From an uncultured Verrucomicrobiae bacterium (GTDB taxonomy: Bacteria > Verrucomicrobiota > Verrucomicrobiia > Chthoniobacterales > UBA10450), in assembly GCA_963801815.1 (NCBI GenBank), contig CAWDGJ010000002.1, forward strand, positions 448,001 through 512,000: a stretch of DNA of 64,000 nucleotides, read 5' to 3'. Made by a program: the position numbers and the translations under genes. The notes under the pieces were generated by a model. The model was not told the DNA's origin. It made no database searches and worked only from the letters and a program-made list of their open reading frames with translations. Shown here one piece after another: positions 10,211 to 19,840 of the stretch (position 1 is its first letter; the number at the start of each line of letters is the position of its first letter).

Positions 10211-10897
10211 AACCTGAATCGGCGAACCTTCAGCGATAAACGCGGAACGCGGCGCGACCTTCAGCGTTTCGACAAATTGCTCGCCGTAAAGTGAAGCAAT
10301 ATCGGCGGCGAATTCAAAGCTGTCGGCGTTCCAAGTTTTCCAGCGAGGATGCTCAACGCGGTATTCGCTGCAACCGCCACGGAAACAAGTGTAGCCCCAG
10401 TAATGCTCAGTGATAAACTCGGCGTGCGAGCCGGCGGGAATCGCCTGCGGTTCGCCGGTCGCGGTCATTTTGATTGATTCCCACTTTCTGCCGCGTCGCC
10501 AGGAATACTCCACGCTCAATTTGAGATCCACGTGGTCGATTTGATGTTTCATTGGGACCGCTACGTAGTTTTCGCCGTAAAACGTGCGGGCGACGACCGC
10601 GATCGCACGGCGTGGAACCAGTTCACGAACAAAGACAACACCGCGGCGCCACATGTCCGCCGATTTTTTCCGCACGTAGAAGCGCAGATTTACTTCCTCA
10701 AAATCACGATGCAAGGGAACTGGAAGGCCGAGCAGGCGAGTGTCGAGAAACAGAAAACCGACCACGCTCAGAAACGTCTCACCGTTTTCGAAATCGATCT
10801 CGGTCCCGGGCGGCACCAGAGCCTCAACGAGCTTTGGATCGACCACGTAGTTGAGCATGGCGAGGTAACGCCAGTTCGCGGTGAGAAAGGGTTGCAC
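10187..10897 (-). CDS. DUF2071/YqjF family protein
   Basis: [42 protein letters not shown]. Confidence 0.85.
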   Translation of the reverse strand: MQPFLTANWRYLAMLNYVVDPKLVEALVPPGTEIDFENGETFLSVVGFLFLDTRLLGLPVPLHRDFEEVNLRFYVRKKSADMWRRGVVFVRELVPRRAIAVVARTFYGENYVAVPMKHQIDHVDLKLSVEYSWRRGRKWESIKMTATGEPQAIPAGSHAEFITEHYWGYTCFRGGCSEYRVEHPRWKTWNADSFEFAADIASLYGEQFVETLKVAPRSAFIAEGSPIQVLLREQLS

Positions 10898-10908
10898 CGC
10901 GGGAATAT

Positions 10909-10932
10909 GCGACGGTCATAGACCGCCGCTAC
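10909..10932 (-). repeat. GTAG-headed REP-like palindrome
   Basis: Minus strand GTAGCGGCGGTC-TAT-GACCGTCGC; same GTAGCGGCG head as the copy at 2360. Confidence 0.6.
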
Positions 10933-10934
10933 CG

Positions 10935-13232
10935 TTAATGCAGCAACTTTTCCAGCCCAGGATCAGGCTCGGCGCCCAGCGAAATTGCGACGCTGTAGTG
11001 ATGTTTTGCCTGTTCGCGCGAGGGCGGCGACGAGGTTGCGTAGATCACCGCGAGATTGAAATGCGCGTCGGCGTAACTCGGGTTCTCATTAATCGCTTCG
11101 AGCAATTCTTTTTCGGCCGCTTCCTGCCAGCCTTTCTGGCTCGCCGTGATTCCAAGATAATTGTGGGCGGTTGGATTCTTCGAATTCAACCCGAGCGATT
11201 TGGTCAGCTCCGTCAGCGCGTTATCGAACTTTGCCTGGCGATAATAAACAATTCCGAGGGTCGTGTGAGTGAATTCGTCGTTTGGCGAAAGCGTGACCGC
11301 TTTCTTCAACGTGAGCTCGGCAGCTTTGAGCTTGCCGCTCCGGAAATAAACGACGCCGAGATTCGAGAGCGAATACAGATTGTTCGGAGTTTTGGTCAAG
11401 ATCTCCTGATAAATCTTCTCCGCGGTGCGATATTTCCCCTTGTCGAAACTTTGCTTCGCTTGCCAGGCGAGATCGACAACATCCGACGGAACGTTTGGCT
11501 TAAATATGGCGGGAACGGTGTAATCGGACGAAGTTTGCGGCGGGTTATCGGTCGACATCGTTTTCTCGGGCGCCGGCGCGGACGGTGATGTTACTCTGCT
11601 CGTAGTATTTTTCGCGAAAGTGAAGCTCGCTTTAACCGCGGCGGGATTATCGTCCGAAATGGAAACTACCGGCTGCCGCAAAAGCGCCAATTCATCGGTG
11701 GTTAACCGCGTCACTGGTTGCGCCAATAACTGGATCTGCTGGGTGAGGGTCTCCGACTTGATTTGCAGTTTCGCGAATTCGGCGAGCATCAGCTTTTTGG
11801 CCTGGTCGCGCCGCGCTTCTTCCTGACGCTCGCGAACGATGATATTGCGGAGCATTTCGTTTTCTTTGGTCAGCTTGGCCGTCTCTTCCGGAGAAGCCCC
11901 AACTAATTTGACCTGCTCAAGTTGCTTGCCTGCTTCATCGAGCTGTGAGCGTAATTGCGCGACGCTAGCTTCGTAATCCTTGTTTTGCTTCCGGCTAACG
12001 GCGAGCTGACTCTGCAGATCGACAATCTGTTTCTTAACCTCGGCCAATTCCTTTTCTTTCTTTGGCTTCTCTGCGTCGATCTCGCGCATCGTCTTCTCGG
12101 CGGTGGCCAACTTCTGCTTAAGGTTGGAATTTTCGGCGACAAGGACGTCGACTCGCTGTTGGGTGTCCTTCAAACCTTTCAATTGCGTGACCGCGTTATC
12201 GCGTTCCTTGTTCGAGTTAACAATTTTTTGTTCCGCCTCGGCGGCGCGCGCATTTGCTTCGTCCCGCTCTTTGCCCGCGAGGGAACGCTGCTGATCGGCG
12301 GCGGCCACTTTAGCATTAGCATCATCACGCTCCTTTTCCGCGGCGCTGCGGCCTTGCTGCGCCGCAGCTAGAGCTTTCTTTAGCTGATCAACTTCGCCTT
12401 TAATCGCTTCTTGCGCTTTGCTGTCTTTCGAACCGGCTTCCGCAGTCTTCTTTAACGACGTCTGCGCCAGAGCCAGTTGCTCACGAACCTGCGTTTCCGT
12501 CGTTTTTGCCTTGTCCAAATCGCCCTGGGCCTTATCGAGTTTGGATTTCGTTTCGTCGAGCCGGCCGTTCAACGATTGCTTTTCATTTTCCACCACGGTC
12601 ATTTGCGAACGCGCTTTCTGCAGCTCGGCTTCAAGTTTCGATTTCGTTTCATCAAGCCGGCTATTCAAGGATTGCTTTTCATTTTCTGCCGCTGTCATTT
12701 GGGAGCGCGCTTTCTGCAGCTCGGCTTCGAGTTGATCGACGCGATCGCGAAGCTTTGTGGTGGCCTGCTCGATGTTGATTTCGTTCGACGTTCTCGCTGG
12801 GGCCGGTTTTGGCACGGTTGATTGCGGAATTGGGGCAGCCTGCTCCTTGCTGATCTGGACGGCTGGGGCGGGATTCTGCGGCGGAACCGCGGTTTCAGTG
12901 ACCACGCCGGCTGATGCCGTGACGCTTTCCTGCGTTCCGGCCTTATCCTGAACACGGAGGATGGCTTCACTTACCTTCCGGCCGCGATATTCGACGATGG
13001 CAGGTTGCCACTCGGGGTGAGTCGTTCGCAACTGTTCGATCAGGCTGCCGGCAAAGCGATACTTGGCCAGGGCTTCTTTGAATTGATTCTCGTGCTCGAG
13101 TTTCTCGCCCTGCTGGTCTGTCATGTAAGCTTTGAGGAACGTTTCGCTTGGATCGTCCGACTCGGCAGACAGGCTTGAGAGGGTCAGGCAGAATGCCAAG
13201 ACCGCGGCAAGGGCGTAGACACATCTGTTCAT
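10935..13232 (-). CDS. Secreted long coiled-coil protein with C-terminal TPR repeats
   Basis: Signal peptide from MNRCVY, a long coiled coil, then TPRs (SNLGVVYFRSG, HNYLGITA, AHFNLAVIY). Confidence 0.85.
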   Translation of the reverse strand: MNRCVYALAAVLAFCLTLSSLSAESDDPSETFLKAYMTDQQGEKLEHENQFKEALAKYRFAGSLIEQLRTTHPEWQPAIVEYRGRKVSEAILRVQDKAGTQESVTASAGVVTETAVPPQNPAPAVQISKEQAAPIPQSTVPKPAPARTSNEINIEQATTKLRDRVDQLEAELQKARSQMTAAENEKQSLNSRLDETKSKLEAELQKARSQMTVVENEKQSLNGRLDETKSKLDKAQGDLDKAKTTETQVREQLALAQTSLKKTAEAGSKDSKAQEAIKGEVDQLKKALAAAQQGRSAAEKERDDANAKVAAADQQRSLAGKERDEANARAAEAEQKIVNSNKERDNAVTQLKGLKDTQQRVDVLVAENSNLKQKLATAEKTMREIDAEKPKKEKELAEVKKQIVDLQSQLAVSRKQNKDYEASVAQLRSQLDEAGKQLEQVKLVGASPEETAKLTKENEMLRNIIVRERQEEARRDQAKKLMLAEFAKLQIKSETLTQQIQLLAQPVTRLTTDELALLRQPVVSISDDNPAAVKASFTFAKNTTSRVTSPSAPAPEKTMSTDNPPQTSSDYTVPAIFKPNVPSDVVDLAWQAKQSFDKGKYRTAEKIYQEILTKTPNNLYSLSNLGVVYFRSGKLKAAELTLKKAVTLSPNDEFTHTTLGIVYYRQAKFDNALTELTKSLGLNSKNPTAHNYLGITASQKGWQEAAEKELLEAINENPSYADAHFNLAVIYATSSPPSREQAKHHYSVAISLGAEPDPGLEKLLH

Positions 13233-13344
13233 GCGGGGGAGCGCGCCGATCCTAGCAAAAGGCGCATCGGTTGCAACGAAACGATGGGGCATCAGACCCA
13301 AAGGAAGCGGAGATTGTGCCACGCGCGTGAAGTTCTAGCGGCGT

Positions 13345-13372
13345 TTGCAATCGCGCGTCTAAAAACTAGAAT
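13345..13372 (+). promoter_or_regulatory. Sigma-70 promoter for the tRNA pair
   Basis: TTGCAA, 16 nt spacer, TAGAAT, 13 nt before tRNA-His. Confidence 0.6.
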
Positions 13373-13385
13373 CTCAGTCCGCGAT

Positions 13386-13458
13386 GGTGGTCGTAGCTCA
13401 ATGGTAGAGCCCCAGATTGTGGTTCTGGTTGTTGCGGGTTCGAGTCCCGTCGACCACC
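13386..13458 (+). tRNA. tRNA-His (GUG), G-1 encoded, CCA not encoded
   Basis: Acceptor GTGGTCG/CGACCAC with G-1:C73; anticodon arm CCAGA-TTGTGGT-TCTGG; T-loop GTTCGAG. Confidence 0.95.
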
Positions 13459-13468
13459 CGGCTTCGCA

Positions 13469-13543
13469 AACTCCAAATCCCAAACTCCAGGCTCCAAAGC
13501 TTTCTTAATCGACTTTGGGATTTGGAAATTGGAGCTTGGGATT
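13469..13543. repeat. Inverted arrays of 7-bp repeats between the two tRNAs
   Basis: aactcca aatccca aactcca ggctcca ... ttgggat ttggaaa ttggagc ttgggat. Confidence 0.8.
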
Positions 13544-13552
13544 GTTAAAGTT

Positions 13553-13626
13553 GTGTCTGTAGCTCAACCGGATAGAGCATCTGGCTTCGGACCAGAAGGT
13601 TGGGGGTTCGAATCCCTCCAGACACG
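13553..13626 (+). tRNA. tRNA-Arg (UCG), CCA not encoded
   Basis: Acceptor GTGTCTG/CAGACAC; anticodon arm TCTGG-CTTCGGA-CCAGA; T-arm GGGGG-TTCGAAT-CCCTC. Confidence 0.93.
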
Positions 13627-13656
13627 CATTTCGTTCACGTTTCCAAGGCTGTCGCA

Positions 13657-16533
13657 ATGCGCCTGACAACGTTTCATCGCACGACCTTGTTGATTGCCGG
13701 CGTCGCGGTTGTGGTCGCAGCCTTGTGGTGGAAATGCGCACGCGATCCGGCGATCAACTTTTTGCCGTCGGATGCTCGCGCCGAATGGATTGTCTTTCCT
13801 AAACCTGCGGAAGCCGGTGCCCACAGGATCGCCACCATCGACACAGTTTTTCGACACGAACTTCAACTCGCCACTCGGCCGAACTGGGCACAATTGCAGT
13901 TCCGCGCTGCCCGCCGAATCGATTTGAAGATAAACGGAAAGCCCGTCGAGATTACCAGCGCCCAGAACTGGAAAGACGTCAATTCTGTCGATGTCACCGG
14001 ATTCTTGCAAAGCGACTCAAACAAAATTGAAGCACGCGTGTTCAACGACGATGCACCAGCGGCCCTTTGGCTTCGATTGACGGCCGACGGTCTACAACTG
14101 CGCAGCGACAGCAGCTGGGAAGCATCGCTCGCCGGATCAGCGTGGCGCCAGGCTGCACTCGCTTCAACGCCGAGATATCCGCAGCCCGGAAATCTTTTGG
14201 CCGGCGGCGAAACGACGTTCGAGGTGCTGCCAAAAATCTGGTTGATGTGGGCTGCGTTCATCGTCACGGCCGTCGCCGTTATGTTGTTAGGAACCCGTTT
14301 GATTGGAGCGATTTCAAAAAAAACAACAATTCAGTTGGCCGCAATCGCCAGCATCATGGCGATCGGATGGCTGGTCCTGTTCTGGAACAACACACACTTA
14401 TTGCCGTTCCACTGCGGCTACGATTACACCGACCACCTCGCATATATTAAGTACCTTCAGGAGCGCCGAGCGCTGGCGTTCCCGACCGAGAGCTTCGAAG
14501 CGTTTCAGGCGCCTCTCTATTACATCGTCTCGGCGACCGTGCTTTCGTTAGGCCGATTGACTGTAAACGATCCGGGGTCAATCGCCGTTCTGCGAACGTT
14601 GACAATGTGCTTCGGAATCGCGCACTTCGTGATCGTTCTCCTTTGCTTGCACCTGCTATTTCCGGACCGGCCTAAAACACAACTTGTCGGACTGCTGGTC
14701 GCGGCGTTTTTGCCGATGCAGTTATACCTGTCTCATTACGTCACGAACGAAACGCTGGCGGCTGCAATGGTGAGCGCGACGATTTATCTCGGGCTGCGAA
14801 TTTTGAAAGAGCCGCAAGCCTCGATTTGGCAATACGTCGCGCTCGGATTGTGCCTTGGCGCGGCAATGCTAACGAAAGCGACTGGGTTATTGCTAGTTCC
14901 CCCGCTCTTCGGCGCGCTGATTCTAAAAATGACGCACAACAAGGTTGCGCTGAGCGCTGCGGTGCAACGCATCGCGACAACGCTCATCGCCTTGTTTGCG
15001 ACATGCGGTTGGTATTACATTTGGATTTGGCGCCATTTTGGGAACCCGATTGTAGGAAACTGGGAACGCGCTCTTGGGTTCAACTGGTGGCAAGATCCCG
15101 GATTTCACACTGCCGCTCATTATCTTCGCTTCGGTCGTGCGCTGGTGAATCCACTCTTCAGCGGTTACAGCAGTTTCGCAGACGGAATTTATTCCACATT
15201 GTGGGGCGACGGACTCGGCGGCGGTTTGTCGGACATGCTGTCACGAACACCTTGGAACTACGACCTGATGGTAGGCGGTTACTGGCTCGCATTGATACCA
15301 ACTCTGCTGGTCGCTATCGGAGTCGTCGTCGCAACTTACCGGTTCGTTCGCCAACCAGCGGCGGAGTGGTTTCTCCTAATCGGTTTTTCGGCGGCAGTCT
15401 CGGTCGCTCTGGTGTTCATGACGTTAAGAGTCGCTTCTTACGCGCAGGTCAAAGCATTCTACGGACTCTCAATGCTGGTCCCGATTTGCGCGTTCGCTGC
15501 CGTCGGCTGGGAAAAAGTTGTGAGCACGTCACAAACACGACGTTTAATCCTCGGGGCATCGCTGCTCTTTTGGGCGCTGAATAGTTTTTCTTCTGTTTGG
15601 ATACGCGACTCCGCGAACACGCACCTCTACGCCGGTCGTCGGCTCCTACAAGATCATCGATTAGATGCCGCTGCGAATGAAGCGACAGAAGCGCTCACCA
15701 AGGTTGGTTCGAGTTCATCGGTCGAATGTTTTCTCGCGGCAATTCTGAAGCAGTCCGGCCGAACCGACCAGGCGATTGAGCATAGCACGCGCGGTCTTCA
15801 AATTGATTCGGGCAATGCGTTCTGCCGGCTTCAAAATGCCAGCACTCTCGCAGAGGGTAGCGACGTTGCGCAGGCAATGAGCATTGCACAACAAGTAGTC
15901 GACTCTGAACCGGAGAGTTTATCGGCATATGACCTCTGGTTCACGTGCGCGAGAAGACTTCGATCAACAGACAAAGCGATCGTGATTGCACGAGACGCGC
16001 TCGCGATTTCCCCATTTGATGCCGAATTTCATTATCGTTTGGGGCTGGCCGCCGGAGAAGTCGGTGATTTCTCGACTGCGGTGACGCAGTCGGCCTACGC
16101 CCTCCTGCTCCAACCCAACCGATCGGAAATTGAAAAAAAACTGCATCTTGCTCTGCTCTACGCCGCAAAAAGCGGCAACGCATCCGAGCAGCTGTCGGTA
16201 ATAACATCTTCGGCGCCCGATCTGCCGATATTACTCGACGAACTCGCCCGGATTCTTGCCACTGACCCAAATTCCGTGGTGCGTAACGGCGCAGAAGCGG
16301 TTCAATTGAGCGAACGCGCCTGTTTTTTGACGAACCGAACGCGCCCACAATTTCTGGCCACGCTGGCGGCTGCGTATGCTGAGAGCGGCAGATTCTCAGA
16401 CGGTCTGAACACTGCACAACAAGCCCTTTCGCTCGCTCGACTGGCGGGTGACACATCGACGTCCACCGTTGTGGAAAAAATGCTCGACGCATTCCGAAAC
16501 GGGCAGCCATATCGAGAGGAACCCATGCCATGA
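13657..16533 (+). CDS. GT-C (PMT/ArnT-like) membrane glycosyltransferase with an N-terminal beta-sandwich and C-terminal TPRs
   Basis: Many TM helices with GYD..H..YI, FQAPLYY, NETLAA and MLTKATG; N-terminal FRHE...INGKPV...VDVTGFL...N...SDSSW pattern; TPR-like C-terminus. Confidence 0.75.
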   Translation: MRLTTFHRTTLLIAGVAVVVAALWWKCARDPAINFLPSDARAEWIVFPKPAEAGAHRIATIDTVFRHELQLATRPNWAQLQFRAARRIDLKINGKPVEITSAQNWKDVNSVDVTGFLQSDSNKIEARVFNDDAPAALWLRLTADGLQLRSDSSWEASLAGSAWRQAALASTPRYPQPGNLLAGGETTFEVLPKIWLMWAAFIVTAVAVMLLGTRLIGAISKKTTIQLAAIASIMAIGWLVLFWNNTHLLPFHCGYDYTDHLAYIKYLQERRALAFPTESFEAFQAPLYYIVSATVLSLGRLTVNDPGSIAVLRTLTMCFGIAHFVIVLLCLHLLFPDRPKTQLVGLLVAAFLPMQLYLSHYVTNETLAAAMVSATIYLGLRILKEPQASIWQYVALGLCLGAAMLTKATGLLLVPPLFGALILKMTHNKVALSAAVQRIATTLIALFATCGWYYIWIWRHFGNPIVGNWERALGFNWWQDPGFHTAAHYLRFGRALVNPLFSGYSSFADGIYSTLWGDGLGGGLSDMLSRTPWNYDLMVGGYWLALIPTLLVAIGVVVATYRFVRQPAAEWFLLIGFSAAVSVALVFMTLRVASYAQVKAFYGLSMLVPICAFAAVGWEKVVSTSQTRRLILGASLLFWALNSFSSVWIRDSANTHLYAGRRLLQDHRLDAAANEATEALTKVGSSSSVECFLAAILKQSGRTDQAIEHSTRGLQIDSGNAFCRLQNASTLAEGSDVAQAMSIAQQVVDSEPESLSAYDLWFTCARRLRSTDKAIVIARDALAISPFDAEFHYRLGLAAGEVGDFSTAVTQSAYALLLQPNRSEIEKKLHLALLYAAKSGNASEQLSVITSSAPDLPILLDELARILATDPNSVVRNGAEAVQLSERACFLTNRTRPQFLATLAAAYAESGRFSDGLNTAQQALSLARLAGDTSTSTVVEKMLDAFRNGQPYREEPMP

Positions 16534-17228
16534 AAGTCTCCGGAAGCAGAACCGAACTCGACGCCATGATCGTCGGAATCGAGCTCACCCTGGTCAGCAT
16601 TATTCAAGGGGTTGCGCTCACCGTTTTGATCGACAACTCCCGGGAAGTGATCACGGAACTGAAGTTCATTTACTGGCCGTATGTGCTCGCTGGTCTGCTG
16701 GTGATTTTCATTTTTTGGTCACGCGCAGTTTTGCATATCATCACCTTGATTCGCTGGCCGCTTGAGTTTGGACACAACTTTCTCTACATAGGCTGCGCAC
16801 TGGTTGAAGCCGTGTCGTTCGCGCAGCTGTCCAAGCCCGCCAACTGGTTTGGGTTTGGCGCCGCTTTCATCGCGGCGGGGTGGGTCTTGTTTTTCTACGA
16901 TCTCCACCTGATTCATGCGCGCCAGCGCGACAGCGGTGGTCAGGCCGGTAATCATTTATATGCGCGCGTGCGACGCGATCAGTTGCTCAATCTCGTCTTC
17001 CTACTTCCTGGCGTCTTTGTGCTCAATGTCGTTTGTGCTGTCGCCATTGAAGCATGGCCGGACATTTTTCAAACCCACGGCGCGCACATTTGGCTCGTTG
17101 CAATTCAGCTCATCGGCTTCGCAGGTTATTTGATCTACGTTGTGCGCTTCTACGTCAATCTTGCGCCGTTGATCGCTGAGGCCCATCGCGAATGGCACGG
17201 CAGGACTAACGATCGTGATCAGTCCTGA
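16530..17228 (+). CDS. Hypothetical integral membrane protein (about 6 TM)
   Basis: ATGA overlap with the upstream gene; several hydrophobic helices. Confidence 0.75.
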   Translation: MKVSGSRTELDAMIVGIELTLVSIIQGVALTVLIDNSREVITELKFIYWPYVLAGLLVIFIFWSRAVLHIITLIRWPLEFGHNFLYIGCALVEAVSFAQLSKPANWFGFGAAFIAAGWVLFFYDLHLIHARQRDSGGQAGNHLYARVRRDQLLNLVFLLPGVFVLNVVCAVAIEAWPDIFQTHGAHIWLVAIQLIGFAGYLIYVVRFYVNLAPLIAEAHREWHGRTNDRDQS

Positions 17229-17320
17229 ACCGACAAAGCCTTCCTACAAGTCGCTCAGCGCCTAAAACTGGAGCGCCTTACTCGCCAACTGCGTAGGCAG
17301 GTGCAATTGTCGAGTCGACC

Positions 17321-18661
17321 ATGGACAAAGCGGCCGATATGACTGCACTGGATTCCCTAAAACCTCCGGTGACAGTTGGTTTTCTTACCGCCTGCGGAAT
17401 CGTGATCGCGAACATCATCGGCACTGGTGTCTTCACCAGTCTCGGATTCCAGGTTGCTGATATTCAATCGGGTTTTGCTCTACTGATGCTTTGGATCGTC
17501 GGCGGCCTCGCTGCGCTCTGCGGCGCGCTTTGTTATGGCGAGCTAAGTGCCGCGCTTCCGCGGTCTGGTGGCGAATATCATTTCCTGTCCGAGATTTATC
17601 ATCCCGCGTTGGGATTCATGGCGGGCTTCATTTCCGCCACGGTCGGTTTCGCCGCGCCAGTAGCGCTCGCGGCCATGGCCTTCGGAAGATATTTCGCCGG
17701 CGTTTTCAATTTTGGTTCACCGGTCGTGCTTTCCTTCGTCCTGGTCTGGATTGTTGGCCTTTTTCATTTTGGAAATCTTCGTCGCGGCAGCGCGTTTCAA
17801 AACTTGTGGACCATCGTCAAGCTGCTCTTGATTGCCACGCTCATTGTCGCTGGGTTCCTGGTTCGACCAAGACAGCCAATCGATTTTCTTCCCCACGCTG
17901 GAGACACGATCTCGATATTCAGCGGTGCATTCGCTGTTTCACTTGTTTACGTCATGTATTCCTATTCCGGTTGGAACGCATCGAGTTACATCATCAGCGA
18001 AGTGAAGCAACCGGAGCGAAATGTTCCGCGCTCATTGATCGCCGGGACGCTTATCGTGATTGTCGCCTACGTTCTCCTGAATGGAATTTTTCTCGCCACC
18101 ACGCCCGAATCCGAAATGCGTGGCCAGCTCGAAATTGGATTAATTGCCGGGAAACACATTTTCGGCGGCAACGGCGGCCGCGTGGTCGGAGCGATCATTT
18201 GCCTTGGATTAATCTCTGCGGTCAGCTCGATGACCTGGATCGGCCCACGCGTGACGATGTCGATGGGGGAAGACCACTGGCTGCTCCGATTTCTCGGACG
18301 CAAGAACTCTTACGGAGTTCCGGCCAACGCCGTAGCCGTTCAGCTACTAATCGTGAATCTACTTTTGCTGACGCGCAGCTTCGAGCTGGTCGTGGTCTAT
18401 ATTCAATTTGCGCTCCTGCTTTGTTCACTCCTCACTGTAGTTGGATTGTTCGTGCTTCGCGTTACTCGCCCGAATATTCCGCGCCCTTATCGCGTCTGGC
18501 TTTACCCAATGCCGCCACTCATTTTCGCTGCCATCACTGTTTGGATGATGATTTACCTTCTCCGGTCGAAAACAACCGAATCTATCGCCGGGCTCGTTAC
18601 TGCAATGGTCGGGTTCCTGCTTTACTTCTGCGCCGGCAAACGCGCCAGTCCTCGCCAATGA
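17321..18661 (+). CDS. APC-family amino acid permease
   Basis: ANIIGTGVF, CYGELSAALPRSGGEY, YSYSGWN, PRPYRVWLYP. Confidence 0.93.
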   Translation: MDKAADMTALDSLKPPVTVGFLTACGIVIANIIGTGVFTSLGFQVADIQSGFALLMLWIVGGLAALCGALCYGELSAALPRSGGEYHFLSEIYHPALGFMAGFISATVGFAAPVALAAMAFGRYFAGVFNFGSPVVLSFVLVWIVGLFHFGNLRRGSAFQNLWTIVKLLLIATLIVAGFLVRPRQPIDFLPHAGDTISIFSGAFAVSLVYVMYSYSGWNASSYIISEVKQPERNVPRSLIAGTLIVIVAYVLLNGIFLATTPESEMRGQLEIGLIAGKHIFGGNGGRVVGAIICLGLISAVSSMTWIGPRVTMSMGEDHWLLRFLGRKNSYGVPANAVAVQLLIVNLLLLTRSFELVVVYIQFALLLCSLLTVVGLFVLRVTRPNIPRPYRVWLYPMPPLIFAAITVWMMIYLLRSKTTESIAGLVTAMVGFLLYFCAGKRASPRQ

Positions 18662-19839
18662 AAAACTTCCCTGTCGCAAAAATCAGTGTCGCGACATTGT
18701 CGGTCTTCGGTCTGCTTCTGACTACCGCGACGGCTATGAAATGGCCATGGCAGTCTGACACTCCGACACCGGCGCCGGCTATCGCGCCACCACAAAATGC
18801 CCAGCCGGAGCAATTAGCCGGACCGCCGCCGCCCGACGAAACCGCGCGTTTCCTTGCCGGGATGCCAATTTCAAAAAATTCGCCGCTAGCGCCGCTTACG
18901 AACGATCCCGCGTGGCAGGAACACGCGGCGAATTTCGAAAAAGCCTTTGCAAAACTGAACACACGCCAGCTCGCAAAACTCCACGCCTGGGAAGATCAAT
19001 ATTTTGCTGAAGCGCGCGAACACATTCCGGTCGCCTATTACATGTTCAGCGGCCCCGATTTCCTTTACGTCGACCAATTTTTTCCGAAAGCCGACGTCTT
19101 CATTTTATGCGGGAAAGAAGCACTTGGGCCGCCGCCGGACCCGCTTCGCGCCGGGAACCTCGCGAGCGCTCTGCACAATCTCGAGGATGCGATGAACTCC
19201 TCGCTTCGCTTCAGCTTTTTCATCACCAAAGATATGAAGGTGGACCTACAGTCGCAGGAACTGAGAGGAACGATCCCGATCCTCTATGTCTTTCTGGCGC
19301 GCGCCGACAAATCGATCAGGGACGTCACCTATGGCTCGCTCGATTCAGCCGGCAACTTCCAACAGTCACGAGGTGGGAGCGGCGGCACGCCCGGCGTTCG
19401 CATCCAATACATCGACAATCACACCCACGACCAGCAAACGCTGTATTATTTCACGACCGACATTTCTGACGGCGGAATTTCCTCATCACCAGGGTTTCTA
19501 CGATTTTGCGACCACTTCGGCATCGGAGGAAGTTTTCTGAAGGCATCTTCCTATTTAATGTTCGAAAACGGCTTCAACCGGATTCGTAACTTCATCGTGG
19601 ATCACAGCAAGACCATCGTTCAGGACGATGCCGGTATTCCGCTGGATTATTTGGACCGCGACAAATGGAACATTCGCGTTTTCGGGAATTACATCGGACC
19701 AATCGAGATTTTTAGACAACACAATCAGCCGAAACTGGCGGCGCTGTACCAAGAAAGCGCGCCGCCGCCACTCGATTTCAATTTTGGCTATCGCTGGAAC
19801 CACACTGAGAGCAACCTCATCGTCGCGACGCGGCTTTGA
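18658..19839 (+). CDS. Exported hypothetical protein
   Basis: ATGA overlap with the permease stop; signal peptide, Pro-rich linker, and motifs YYMFSGPDFLY, SFFITKDM, FLKASSYLM, VQDDAGIP. Confidence 0.8.
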   Translation: MKNFPVAKISVATLSVFGLLLTTATAMKWPWQSDTPTPAPAIAPPQNAQPEQLAGPPPPDETARFLAGMPISKNSPLAPLTNDPAWQEHAANFEKAFAKLNTRQLAKLHAWEDQYFAEAREHIPVAYYMFSGPDFLYVDQFFPKADVFILCGKEALGPPPDPLRAGNLASALHNLEDAMNSSLRFSFFITKDMKVDLQSQELRGTIPILYVFLARADKSIRDVTYGSLDSAGNFQQSRGGSGGTPGVRIQYIDNHTHDQQTLYYFTTDISDGGISSSPGFLRFCDHFGIGGSFLKASSYLMFENGFNRIRNFIVDHSKTIVQDDAGIPLDYLDRDKWNIRVFGNYIGPIEIFRQHNQPKLAALYQESAPPPLDFNFGYRWNHTESNLIVATRL

Positions 19840-19840
19840 G

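Noticed and set aside
13469..13543. CRISPR array
   Set aside because: Units are 7 bp with no spacers, and no cas genes are present.
13553..17228. Genomic island integrated at tRNA-Arg
   Set aside because: I saw no integrase and no duplicated tRNA 3' end in the window.
17491..18657. N-terminal half of the 782-aa ORF
   Set aside because: It overlaps the APC permease out of frame and is Arg-rich noise; the likely start is the ATG at 18658.
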